The notes beneath the pieces were generated by a model. The model did not search any database and had not been told where the DNA came from. It saw only the letters and a list, made by a program, of their open reading frames with translations. Below are positions 10,538 to 19,074 of a DNA stretch of 64,000 nt, piece by piece. Origin of the DNA: an uncultured Candidatus Saccharibacteria bacterium (lineage in GTDB: Bacteria > Patescibacteriota > Minisyncoccia > Phycocordibacterales > XYD1-FULL-46-19); the NCBI GenBank assembly GCA_964639285.1, contig CAZXCI010000001.1:42343-106342 (forward strand). Direction: 5' to 3'. Both the position numbers and the translations under genes were made by a program. Position 1 is the stretch's first letter. Every line of letters begins with the position of its first letter.

Positions 10538-11899
10538 TTGAACATGAAGACCATTTTAATCAGTAGTTTCCATAGCTTAATTTCTAGAAATATTCTGAAT
10601 GCGGGAGTTTTGCCCCTTCTTTTGCGGGAGGGGATAAGGGTTGTTTTACTGGTTCCTCAAAGTAAAATAGAGTATTTCCAAAAAAGTTTCGATTATGAGG
10701 GGGTTGAGGTTGTCGGCATTAATGTCCCAGAGAAACCTTTTGAGGGGCCATTATTTTTCCTTTCTCTCAGTTTGGTTGGCGTAAATAATCAGTTGGTTTG
10801 GGAGTGGAAGACGAGGGGGAGCTATCTTAAGTATTATATAGCTAATAGTCTAAATATCCTTTTTCGGCATTTTTTTGTTTTTCATCGATTTTTGCGTTTT
10901 TTTGCTAAATTTTATCTACGAAACAATATCTTTGAACCTACCTTTTCCCAGTATCAACCGGATTTAGTTTGTGCTACTGATATCTTTGGCCGAGAGGACC
11001 GGTCTCTCCTTATTGAGGCCAAACGGAGAAAGATAAAGACAGTGGGGCTAGTTCGCTCTTGGGATAATGCGACAACCAAGGGGGTTTTGTTGTCTGAGCC
11101 AGATTTTATTGTAACTCCCAACGGTGTTCTTCGAGACGAATTAATTTCTATCCATCAGGTTCAGCCTGGCAAGATTAAGGTTGCTGGGATTCCTCATTAT
11201 GATCAAATTTTGTCTGGGTGCTCTGTTTCGCGAGAAGATTTTTTTGCTGAGATGGGTTTAGATATAAAGAAGAAAACAATCCTCTTTGCTCCTGGTGGCA
11301 AAATTTTGTATAAACATGACAAGGAAATTCTTGCAGACTTAGAGGAATATCTCACTAATAGAGATTTTTGTTATCCTGTTCAGTTTTTAGTGAGACTTCC
11401 TCCTGGCGACAGGGTTGATATCTCGGGGGTAGTAAATAACCACAACTTTATAATTGATGATCCTGGGACTGATGCTAATAATCGCAAAAAAGAGAGGGAG
11501 ATGACCGAGAAAGATAATCAACGCTTAAATTGTTCTCTTTATTACAGTGATATCGTTTTGACCTTGATTTCTACTATGGTTATCGATGGCGTATCTTTTA
11601 ATAAGCCAGTTGTAGTTTGGGGCTTTGAACCGGCGGTTGGTCTTTCTGATCCTATAAAAAAGTTTACTAAATATGCCCACTTCAAAAAATTGATTGAAAC
11701 AGGACTAGTGACAGTCGCTTATTCTAGGGAAGAATTCCTTAAACAAATAAATGCTTTTTTAGAGAATCCTGACGTCAATAAGGATGACCGCCAAAAAATT
11801 CTTGATGCCTATACTTATAAACTTGATGGTCATTCCGCAGAACGGGTGTCCCAAATTATTTTGAATTTATTGCAGAACGATGTCGGGCTTACTAAGTAA
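10538..11899 (+). CDS. Putative GT-B glycosyl/glycerophosphotransferase (TagB/TagF-like) or sialyltransferase-like protein
   Basis: 453 aa. The AGIPHYDQI segment resembles the TagF-family GxPxxD region. Placed immediately upstream of the HAD-NeuA-NeuB module. Assignment is inferential. Confidence 0.3.
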   Translation: MNMKTILISSFHSLISRNILNAGVLPLLLREGIRVVLLVPQSKIEYFQKSFDYEGVEVVGINVPEKPFEGPLFFLSLSLVGVNNQLVWEWKTRGSYLKYYIANSLNILFRHFFVFHRFLRFFAKFYLRNNIFEPTFSQYQPDLVCATDIFGREDRSLLIEAKRRKIKTVGLVRSWDNATTKGVLLSEPDFIVTPNGVLRDELISIHQVQPGKIKVAGIPHYDQILSGCSVSREDFFAEMGLDIKKKTILFAPGGKILYKHDKEILADLEEYLTNRDFCYPVQFLVRLPPGDRVDISGVVNNHNFIIDDPGTDANNRKKEREMTEKDNQRLNCSLYYSDIVLTLISTMVIDGVSFNKPVVVWGFEPAVGLSDPIKKFTKYAHFKKLIETGLVTVAYSREEFLKQINAFLENPDVNKDDRQKILDAYTYKLDGHSAERVSQIILNLLQNDVGLTK

Positions 11900-12587
11900 A
11901 AATTTTGTGGCGAAAGCGAAGATTATTGTTTTTGACTTTGATGGTGTTTTTGTGCTTGATTCTGACGCTGTCTTTAAAAAAGAAGCTTGGAGCCGGGTGC
12001 TTCAACCCTGGGTTGGTCAATATCAAGTTTTTCTTGAGGAGGGGAATCGTCTTTATGGCTCTGGTAAACCGGGAGGAAGGAGAGAAATACTTCGTTATAT
12101 TCTTAGAAATCTTGGGCAATCTAGCCAGATGATTTCTGTCTTGGAGGAAAAAATTGTTCAAGAATTTGATAAATATGTGAATGAAAAGATATTAGACGCT
12201 GGGTTAGCGGAGGGGGCAAGGGAAATGCTACAAATATTATTTAACCGCAATATAAAGTTGTATCTTAATTCTGGGACAGAAACATCGGCTTTAGGTCGCG
12301 TTGTTCAAGGTCTTAAAATTAACCACTTTTTTTCTGGGGTTCTTGGTTCGACAAAAGATCCTTATGGTGGAAGTAAGATAGAAAATTTGGAATACATTGC
12401 CGCTCGCGAAAGAGTTAAGCCCGAGGCTGTTCTTTTTATTGGTGATCAGGATTCTGATTATCAGGCCGCTTTGGGTTTCAAATGTCAATTTGTTGGCTTT
12501 GCTAATAGGTGGAATGGTTGGGAGAGGAAAAGTGTTCCTTTCCCTGTCGTAGCTAAATTATCGGCTGTCCCTAAACTTATTATTTAG
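11880..12587 (+). CDS. HAD-superfamily hydrolase (possible nonulosonate-9-P or sugar phosphatase)
   Basis: HAD motif I VFDFDGVFV, C-terminal GDQDSDY (motif IV-like). Confidence 0.7.
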   Translation: MSGLLSKNFVAKAKIIVFDFDGVFVLDSDAVFKKEAWSRVLQPWVGQYQVFLEEGNRLYGSGKPGGRREILRYILRNLGQSSQMISVLEEKIVQEFDKYVNEKILDAGLAEGAREMLQILFNRNIKLYLNSGTETSALGRVVQGLKINHFFSGVLGSTKDPYGGSKIENLEYIAARERVKPEAVLFIGDQDSDYQAALGFKCQFVGFANRWNGWERKSVPFPVVAKLSAVPKLII

Positions 12588-12628
12588 GAAGAGATTTTGA
12601 CTCTAGTAACGTTTGGTGTTAGAGTAAA

Positions 12629-13336
12629 ATGACATTTGCCGAAAATATGGTTAAGAATAGCTATACTATTTTAGCGTTGATTCCTGCTCGGGGTGGGAGT
12701 AAGGGCATACCTCGTAAAAATATCAAAGAACTGGCGGGGAAGCCGTTGATTGCTCATAATATTGAAGCGGCTAAAAATTCTAAGTATATCCAAGGTGTTT
12801 ACGTATCGACGGACGATCTTGAGATTTCTAGGATTAGTCAAGAATTTGGAGCAATAGCAATTGACCGCCCGGCAGAAATGGCAACAGATCAAGCTCCTAG
12901 CGAGTTAGCCCTATTTCATTTTGCCGATAATGTTCATTTTGATGTTCTTGTTTTTTTACAATGCACTTCACCTCTGACTAGATCAGAAGATATTGACGGG
13001 GCAGTGGAGAAGTTTTTGTCTGGCCATGATTCAGTGTTGTCAGTTTGCGAGGATCATGGAGGGTTCTTATGCGGAGGTTTTACTTGGAATGAGAATGGAG
13101 AACCATTTGGTTATGATTATAAAAATCGTCCACGCCGTCAGGATGTGGGTAAAAAATATCGCGAAAACGGTGCTATTTATGTGATGAGTCGTGAAGGTCT
13201 ATTGAAGCACAGGAATCGACTTCATGGAAAAATTGGTTTATATATTATGCCTCGTCACCGTTCTTTTGAGATTGATGAACCTGGAGATTTTGAAATCGTT
13301 GAAGTTTTTATAAAAAATTCTCAAAGATTACTGTAA
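12629..13336 (+). CDS. neuA: Acylneuraminate (nonulosonate) cytidylyltransferase, CMP-sialic acid synthetase family
   Basis: N-terminal ALIPARGGSKGIPRKNIKELAGKPLIAHNIEAA is the canonical CMP-NeuAc/CMP-Pse/Leg synthetase signature. Confidence 0.8.
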   Translation: MTFAENMVKNSYTILALIPARGGSKGIPRKNIKELAGKPLIAHNIEAAKNSKYIQGVYVSTDDLEISRISQEFGAIAIDRPAEMATDQAPSELALFHFADNVHFDVLVFLQCTSPLTRSEDIDGAVEKFLSGHDSVLSVCEDHGGFLCGGFTWNENGEPFGYDYKNRPRRQDVGKKYRENGAIYVMSREGLLKHRNRLHGKIGLYIMPRHRSFEIDEPGDFEIVEVFIKNSQRLL

Positions 13337-13376
13337 AAGGATTGAATTTAAAATATTAGCCAAATTAAATAATAAT

Positions 13377-14240
13377 ATGAAAAAACCGGTCATTATTGCT
13401 GAAATTGGCTGTAATCATAAAGGTGATTTACAGATTGCCAAACAGCTTATAACCATCGCCAAAGAATTTTGTGGGGCTGATGTCGTAAAATTTCAAAAAA
13501 GAACCCCCAAAGAACTTTTAACAAAAGAAGAATATAATACACCTCATCCCGTACCAGAAAATTCTTATGGTCCAACTTATGGCTGTCATAGAGAATTTTT
13601 AGAATTTAGTATTGCTCAACATCAGAAGCTCAAAAAATTTTGTGAGAAATTGGGTGTTGTTTATTCTACTTCTATTTGGGATATGACTTCAACAAAAGAA
13701 ATTGTCGCTTTGAAACCAAAACTAATAAAAATACCATCAGCTTGTAACTTAAACTTTGAAATGCTTGGCTATCTTTGTGATAAATATAAAGGGGAGATTC
13801 ACTTATCGTTGGGGATGACCACTAAAAGAGAGGAGGAGAAAATAGTCTCTTTTTTTGAAAAAAGAAGGCGGGCCAAAGACTTAGTTATCTATAGTTGCAC
13901 TTCTGGCTACCCTGTTTCTTTTGAGGACGTTGCTTTATTAGAGATTTCTAGATTGAGAAAAAAATTTGGGAAACGAGTTAAATCGGTCGGCTTTTCCGGC
14001 CATCACCTTGGCATCGCCGTCGATGTTGCAGCTATGACTTTGGGGGCTTCTCATATTGAGAGGCACTTTACTCTTGATCGAGCATGGAAGGGAACTGATC
14101 ATGCCGCAAGCCTTGAACCTGGTGGTCTTAGGAAGCTCTGTCGGGACGTAGCGAATGTCGCTCTTTCCTTGGATTACAAGAAGGAGGAAATTCTCGATGT
14201 CGAAAAAGTTCAGAGGAAGAAGCTGAAGAGGTTAAATTAA
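13377..14240 (+). CDS. neuB: N-acetylneuraminate/nonulosonate synthase (NeuB family) lacking C-terminal SAF domain
   Basis: IIAEIGCNHKGDLQIAKQLITIAKEFCGADVVKFQK matches the NeuB TIM-barrel N-terminus. Only 287 aa, so no antifreeze-like SAF domain. Confidence 0.7.
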   Translation: MKKPVIIAEIGCNHKGDLQIAKQLITIAKEFCGADVVKFQKRTPKELLTKEEYNTPHPVPENSYGPTYGCHREFLEFSIAQHQKLKKFCEKLGVVYSTSIWDMTSTKEIVALKPKLIKIPSACNLNFEMLGYLCDKYKGEIHLSLGMTTKREEEKIVSFFEKRRRAKDLVIYSCTSGYPVSFEDVALLEISRLRKKFGKRVKSVGFSGHHLGIAVDVAAMTLGASHIERHFTLDRAWKGTDHAASLEPGGLRKLCRDVANVALSLDYKKEEILDVEKVQRKKLKRLN

Positions 14241-14250
14241 ATTTGTAAAA

Positions 14251-15885
14251 ATGGATCAGAAGTATCTTTTTAAGGGCAATATTTCTTTCTATGGCTATAT
14301 GGGGAAAAAACTCCCTGATTTTGTTTACAAGAAGACAGAGGGAACATCCAAGGTGTTTGTTCGGGAAGACGAGAATTTTTCCTTAAAGGTAAATAGCGGC
14401 AATGTTCATGTCGTCGGTTATGGGAATCTCCTAGAAATGAGAGAAAAACAAGCCGATGTCATTTTTCTTGATCATCGGGCCACCAAGGTTTTACTTGCCA
14501 AATTTCCTGTTACTTCGCATTATTTATTATTAAGGCTGGTTCCACGCTGGAGCTGGCTAATTGCTATCCCTGGCCTAATTAGACGAGTTTTGATAGGTTT
14601 GGTTAAAATTGAGGGAATAGTAAAACTTCCTGCTGACGGCCAACAACAGCGCTGGCTGGTTATCAAGCATCTTTTGTCTCGTTCTTTGCAAACTCGTTAT
14701 TCAATTTCGAGCGAGGTTGGTATACAGGGGCTATTAGACTATCTTAATCAAGCTGGGATTAAATATGTGATCTTAAGGTTTTATGAAAAATTACCAGCGC
14801 TCAATCGAATTGGTGGCGATATCGATATTTTGGTTTCTGACGAAGATGAGGAGAAAATGAGGGAATTTCTTCGGGCCCATCCTGGGACAATCGGAGTAGA
14901 CGTTTGGACTCCCTCAAGAACAAGTCACAATAGCATTACTTATTATCCGCCCCCGCTTGCTCGACAAATTATCGCAAGTGCTATCGGGGGTCCAGCTAAC
15001 TCAAAAGTTCCAGCTCCCAAAGAGGCATTTCTATCTTTTGCTTATCATGCCTTATATCATAAGGGCTGTCTTGCTGGGGTGCCAACAAATTTATCTGGCC
15101 TTGAAGTTAATAAATATCCGGAAAATGATTACACTGGTGTCTTGAAAAAAATGGCAGAAGATTTAAAGATTGATATTGATATAAACATGGAAGATTTGGA
15201 CAATTATCTTCGTTCGGTTGGCTGGCAGCCAAAGTTTGATACTTTAGCTAAAATTGCCCCCTGGAACAAATGGGTTAAAAAACGTTTTTTCTCAATGGCC
15301 GCGGTAAATGAAATTGGCCTAGGAGTTTTAATTATTAAAAATAAAGCCTTTGAGCTGGGGGTGGTCGATCAAATCTTAGAAGAAATAGTCACTCTAGGGG
15401 AATTTAAAATTATCAAGACTAAGAGATTTAATAAAGAAGAAGCTAGTCATGTGGCGAATCAGTTAAGAGGGGGAGTTTGGGACGACGTATCTGGGGCGCA
15501 GGTTCAATATTTCCCAGCTATGGCGGTAGTTATTATGGATATTCACTTTGCCCGTTCTTCGAAAGCGAGAGCTGTTCAAGGTGGTCTCCATAGGCGAATT
15601 CGTGAGCTAAAGGCTGGTTTGAGGAAAAAATTTGATAAGGAAAAAATTAGCCTGATTCATGCCACTGATTTTACTTATGAGGCTTGGGAGTATATTGATG
15701 ATTGTTTCCCAGACGAGAGGGAATTGATAAAACAAGAGATAGAAGAGATTTATCAAAATATTCCAATTTCTTGGAAGGACAGGATTGAGCTTAAAATTTT
15801 TTCCTTGCCGAGCTTAACTTACCATTATCTTTCTCGGTTAAAGAAGGATGCCTTAGGTAAACTAGTCCAAGTTTTGGTAAACTAG
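14251..15885 (+). CDS. Hypothetical protein (glycan-locus associated)
   Basis: 544-aa ORF with coding-like composition and no recognisable motif. GGDIDILVSDEDE is only weakly NTase-like. Confidence 0.4.
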   Translation: MDQKYLFKGNISFYGYMGKKLPDFVYKKTEGTSKVFVREDENFSLKVNSGNVHVVGYGNLLEMREKQADVIFLDHRATKVLLAKFPVTSHYLLLRLVPRWSWLIAIPGLIRRVLIGLVKIEGIVKLPADGQQQRWLVIKHLLSRSLQTRYSISSEVGIQGLLDYLNQAGIKYVILRFYEKLPALNRIGGDIDILVSDEDEEKMREFLRAHPGTIGVDVWTPSRTSHNSITYYPPPLARQIIASAIGGPANSKVPAPKEAFLSFAYHALYHKGCLAGVPTNLSGLEVNKYPENDYTGVLKKMAEDLKIDIDINMEDLDNYLRSVGWQPKFDTLAKIAPWNKWVKKRFFSMAAVNEIGLGVLIIKNKAFELGVVDQILEEIVTLGEFKIIKTKRFNKEEASHVANQLRGGVWDDVSGAQVQYFPAMAVVIMDIHFARSSKARAVQGGLHRRIRELKAGLRKKFDKEKISLIHATDFTYEAWEYIDDCFPDERELIKQEIEEIYQNIPISWKDRIELKIFSLPSLTYHYLSRLKKDALGKLVQVLVN

Positions 15886-17138
15886 GCTTTGGCTTTTATA
15901 AATAAGAATAACATAAAAACTAGGCTGAATAGTCTCGAACCGAGTTCGGATAAAATTGCCCCCATAATCCCATAAGTAGGAGTTAGGGCCAGAGTTAGGG
16001 TTAGTTTGACGATTGAGGAAGAAAAAGTGTAAGCATAGAGTTTCTTTGTGTGAGCCTGGGCACCGAAGACTGTGCCTAGGATCTTTTTTGGGAAAAAGAG
16101 GAGACTTAGGGCGAAAATCTGTGAATAAAAGATGGCATTTAGGTATTGTGGAAAAAAGATTTTGAATATATAAGGTGCGATAAAGAAATAAACAATGATG
16201 ATGACAATTAGTCCAAAGAAGATTTTTATTATTTTTTGGGACAATGTTTGTCTAATCTCGCCAAAACTTTTTTGGGCAAACTTAGGGAAAGCCAGTGTCG
16301 GGATATTTTCCAGTATTAGTTGGATTTGGTTTGGGAAGGCTTTAGCAAAAGCAAAAGTAGCAATGGCGGCAGCTCCTGTGAAATTCCAAAGTAGGATATT
16401 GTCTAGGGTATCAACAATCGTACTAACTACGCTTAAGAAACTTAAATGAGACCCGTAGGTTAGAGTCTTGGGGTCTTGTTTGTCGTTGTCTAGATACCTT
16501 TTGTAGACAAGTTGGAAGGCGATAAAGCGGGTTAAGGTGTAAGAAACAAAATAGGCTAGCAGGATTAGGGCTAAGTTTCTTGTGATGAAAATTGTTAGGG
16601 CAATTAAAATTGCAGCAGTTGCCTGAACTCCAATCTCATAAAATATCGAAATCTTGAAAAGTTTTTTGCCTGTTAGGATAGAATTAAAGATCCCTAGGGT
16701 GTCAACGAAGGGGAGAAAAAACGAAGCGAGGAAAAAAGAAATGGCTAACTCTGGCTGACTGTTGAAAAAATAATAAATTGCGACACTCAAACTGGCAATA
16801 CCCCCAATGGTTCCCCAGAGAATTTTCATTCTTAAAACTTGGAAAATTGTTCCTTCAAAACCTCTTGCGATAGCCCGGCTAACAGCCTGGCCCATTCCTG
16901 GTAATGTGGGGATTGTGAGAATTGCAAAGATTGAAAAAAAGTATTTATACTTACCGTACAATTCAGGGGAGACAAAGTTGGCGAAAGCCAGGCTTAGCCC
17001 GAAAGCGATTCCTGCCGATAGTATTTTTTTAAATGATAGCCAAAAATTACCAGAAGCAAAATACACCATATCAGTCTTAGTGTAACGCTCGGTCCAGCGG
17101 AGAAGATGGTAGGAGTGGTTTCTTAGCTTATTTATCAT
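15882..17138 (-). CDS. Polysaccharide biosynthesis protein / Wzx-like oligosaccharide flippase
   Basis: 418 aa and about 12 predicted TM helices. Located in the glycan locus and convergent with upstream genes. Confidence 0.65.
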   Translation of the reverse strand: MINKLRNHSYHLLRWTERYTKTDMVYFASGNFWLSFKKILSAGIAFGLSLAFANFVSPELYGKYKYFFSIFAILTIPTLPGMGQAVSRAIARGFEGTIFQVLRMKILWGTIGGIASLSVAIYYFFNSQPELAISFFLASFFLPFVDTLGIFNSILTGKKLFKISIFYEIGVQATAAILIALTIFITRNLALILLAYFVSYTLTRFIAFQLVYKRYLDNDKQDPKTLTYGSHLSFLSVVSTIVDTLDNILLWNFTGAAAIATFAFAKAFPNQIQLILENIPTLAFPKFAQKSFGEIRQTLSQKIIKIFFGLIVIIIVYFFIAPYIFKIFFPQYLNAIFYSQIFALSLLFFPKKILGTVFGAQAHTKKLYAYTFSSSIVKLTLTLALTPTYGIMGAILSELGSRLFSLVFMLFLFIKAKA

Positions 17139-17305
17139 TAGATTATATATTAGCTTAAAATCAGGGTTTTTTCTAGTTTTGGAAATTTTTTCATGCTATA
17201 CTAAAGATTATTAACTTAGGCAAGCTATCAATGATTAAGAATTTGATTAAGGGTGCAATCCCTTGTCTTTTCTTTGTGAAATCGCGAGACAGTAAAGTTA
17301 TTTAA

Positions 17306-18217
17306 ATGAAATATACTTTTGGTCAGATAATCAAGATTAGTGAGGCGGTTAGAAAAATTAATCGAATATTTCATGATTATGAAGCCAATTCCTACGAGCA
17401 AAGACATCCTGAGATCTATAAGCGGGAGATAAAAAATTGGCAAGATAATTATTATCAATATATTAAACCGATTCAGGATCGAAAGAGGACAGGTATAACA
17501 ATCCTTGACGTCGGGACAGGAAACGGTTTTGTTATTGAATCCTTTGCTGACTTTCTGACTACTGACGACCGGGTAATCTTCTCTGACATATCATCATCGA
17601 TGTTGAAAGTGGTTAGAAAAAAGTTTGAGAAGAACGGGTTTAAAAAAGAATATTTACTTAGCGATGCTTCGTCTCTTGACCTGCCACAGGGAAGTGTTGA
17701 CATTGTGACTATGAACTCAGTTTTGCATCATTTGCCAGACGTGAAGAAGCCCCTTCTTCTTTTTGGGCGTTTCCTAAGTAAAAATGGTGCTGTTATCATT
17801 AGGCATGAGCCAAATAGGCTTTTTGCAGAAAACATCGTCCTCAGGTTTGTCTTCGGGATTATTAATTTTCTGAAACAGGGCAGGCAAAAGGAATCTTTGC
17901 CAATTAAAGTAAAATTACTGGAGAAATTTAGTAGAGAAGGATTTGAATTCGAGGATAATTTTGACTATCAAGATCTTATCTCCATTGTTGACGTTAGATC
18001 GCCGACAGCCCGTGGAGAATTGGATAAGAATAAAGGGTTTGATCCTTTTTTCCTTGGGAGGGAGTATTTTGCGGGCTATCGTGTTTATATTAATACCTAT
18101 AATTTCCTAGGCAAAGTTGATGAGAAAAGTAGCCTAGGGAGAAGAACTCTCTCTTCGATCCTAAAATCATTGTTTCCTTCTTGTGGCTACCTTTTTGAGT
18201 TAATCGCCATTAAGTAA
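17306..18217 (+). CDS. Class I SAM-dependent methyltransferase
   Basis: Motif I ILDVGTGNGFV, motif II-like DIVTMNSVLHHL. Confidence 0.65.
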   Translation: MKYTFGQIIKISEAVRKINRIFHDYEANSYEQRHPEIYKREIKNWQDNYYQYIKPIQDRKRTGITILDVGTGNGFVIESFADFLTTDDRVIFSDISSSMLKVVRKKFEKNGFKKEYLLSDASSLDLPQGSVDIVTMNSVLHHLPDVKKPLLLFGRFLSKNGAVIIRHEPNRLFAENIVLRFVFGIINFLKQGRQKESLPIKVKLLEKFSREGFEFEDNFDYQDLISIVDVRSPTARGELDKNKGFDPFFLGREYFAGYRVYINTYNFLGKVDEKSSLGRRTLSSILKSLFPSCGYLFELIAIK

Positions 18218-18220
18218 TGA

Positions 18221-18230
18221 GGGGGGGGGA
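18221..18230. repeat. Homopolymeric G10 tract in intergenic region
   Basis: gaggggggggggatttt directly after the stop of the 17306-18217 gene and about 95 bp upstream of the FkbM methyltransferase start. Unusual in an AT-rich genome. Confidence 0.9.
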
Positions 18231-18325
18231 TTTTAGATTTATTTTTAATCTTATTAGCCGCTAGGTTTTATATGGGCCCCCAGAGTCTTTGCTTTTTCTA
18301 GTTTTAGGTCTTTTTTTGTGTTATA

Positions 18326-19072
18326 TTGCAAGCGCTTATCTTAGCTAAATCCATGTTGATTAAAAAGACAATTAAAAGGATAATTCCCCAACATTTTCAT
18401 TTTTTCTTGGCTGAGGCTAAGAATTTGCTCACTAATGGTTATTGTCATTGTCATTACTCTCAGTTTGGTGAAGACTTGATAATTAAGAGTATCACAAAGA
18501 ATAAAAATAAAGGTTTTTATGTCGATGTTGGGGCTCATCATCCTTTTCGTTATTCTAACACTCGTCTTTTGTATAAGCGGGGTTGGCGGGGAATTAATGT
18601 CGAACCAAATCACTACACGATAAAATTATTTAGAATCTTTCGACGTCGAGACATTAATTTAGAAATTGGTGTTGGGTCTGAAGATGGAGTGGCCGATTAT
18701 TATTATTTTTCTGACCCGGCTTATAATACTTTTTCTCGAGAGCAGATGGAGGAATCCCTCAAGAATAATAAATGGCTAAAATTAAAAAAGAAAGTCAATT
18801 TATCCATTTCTACCTTAAAAACGATCCTTACTAAATATCTTCCTGCAGGGGTTCCTGTTGATTTCTTGAATGTGGACGTAGAAGGATTGGATATGGTGGT
18901 CCTTCTGTCTAATGACTGGGAAAAATTCAAGCCCAGAATTATTTCTGTTGAATCTCCAAATTTTGATTTGGATAGACCTAATGAAGATGAGACTTATAAT
19001 TATTTAAAAAACCTGGGATACAAACTCGAGGCGGTGACTGGCTGCAGTCTAATTTTTGTGCTATATTCCTAG
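18326..19072 (+). CDS. FkbM-family methyltransferase
   Basis: SQFGEDLIIK...GFYVDVGAHHPFRYSNTRLLYKRGWRGINVEPN is the diagnostic FkbM-domain pattern. Confidence 0.7.
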   Translation: MQALILAKSMLIKKTIKRIIPQHFHFFLAEAKNLLTNGYCHCHYSQFGEDLIIKSITKNKNKGFYVDVGAHHPFRYSNTRLLYKRGWRGINVEPNHYTIKLFRIFRRRDINLEIGVGSEDGVADYYYFSDPAYNTFSREQMEESLKNNKWLKLKKKVNLSISTLKTILTKYLPAGVPVDFLNVDVEGLDMVVLLSNDWEKFKPRIISVESPNFDLDRPNEDETYNYLKNLGYKLEAVTGCSLIFVLYS

Positions 19073-19074
19073 AC

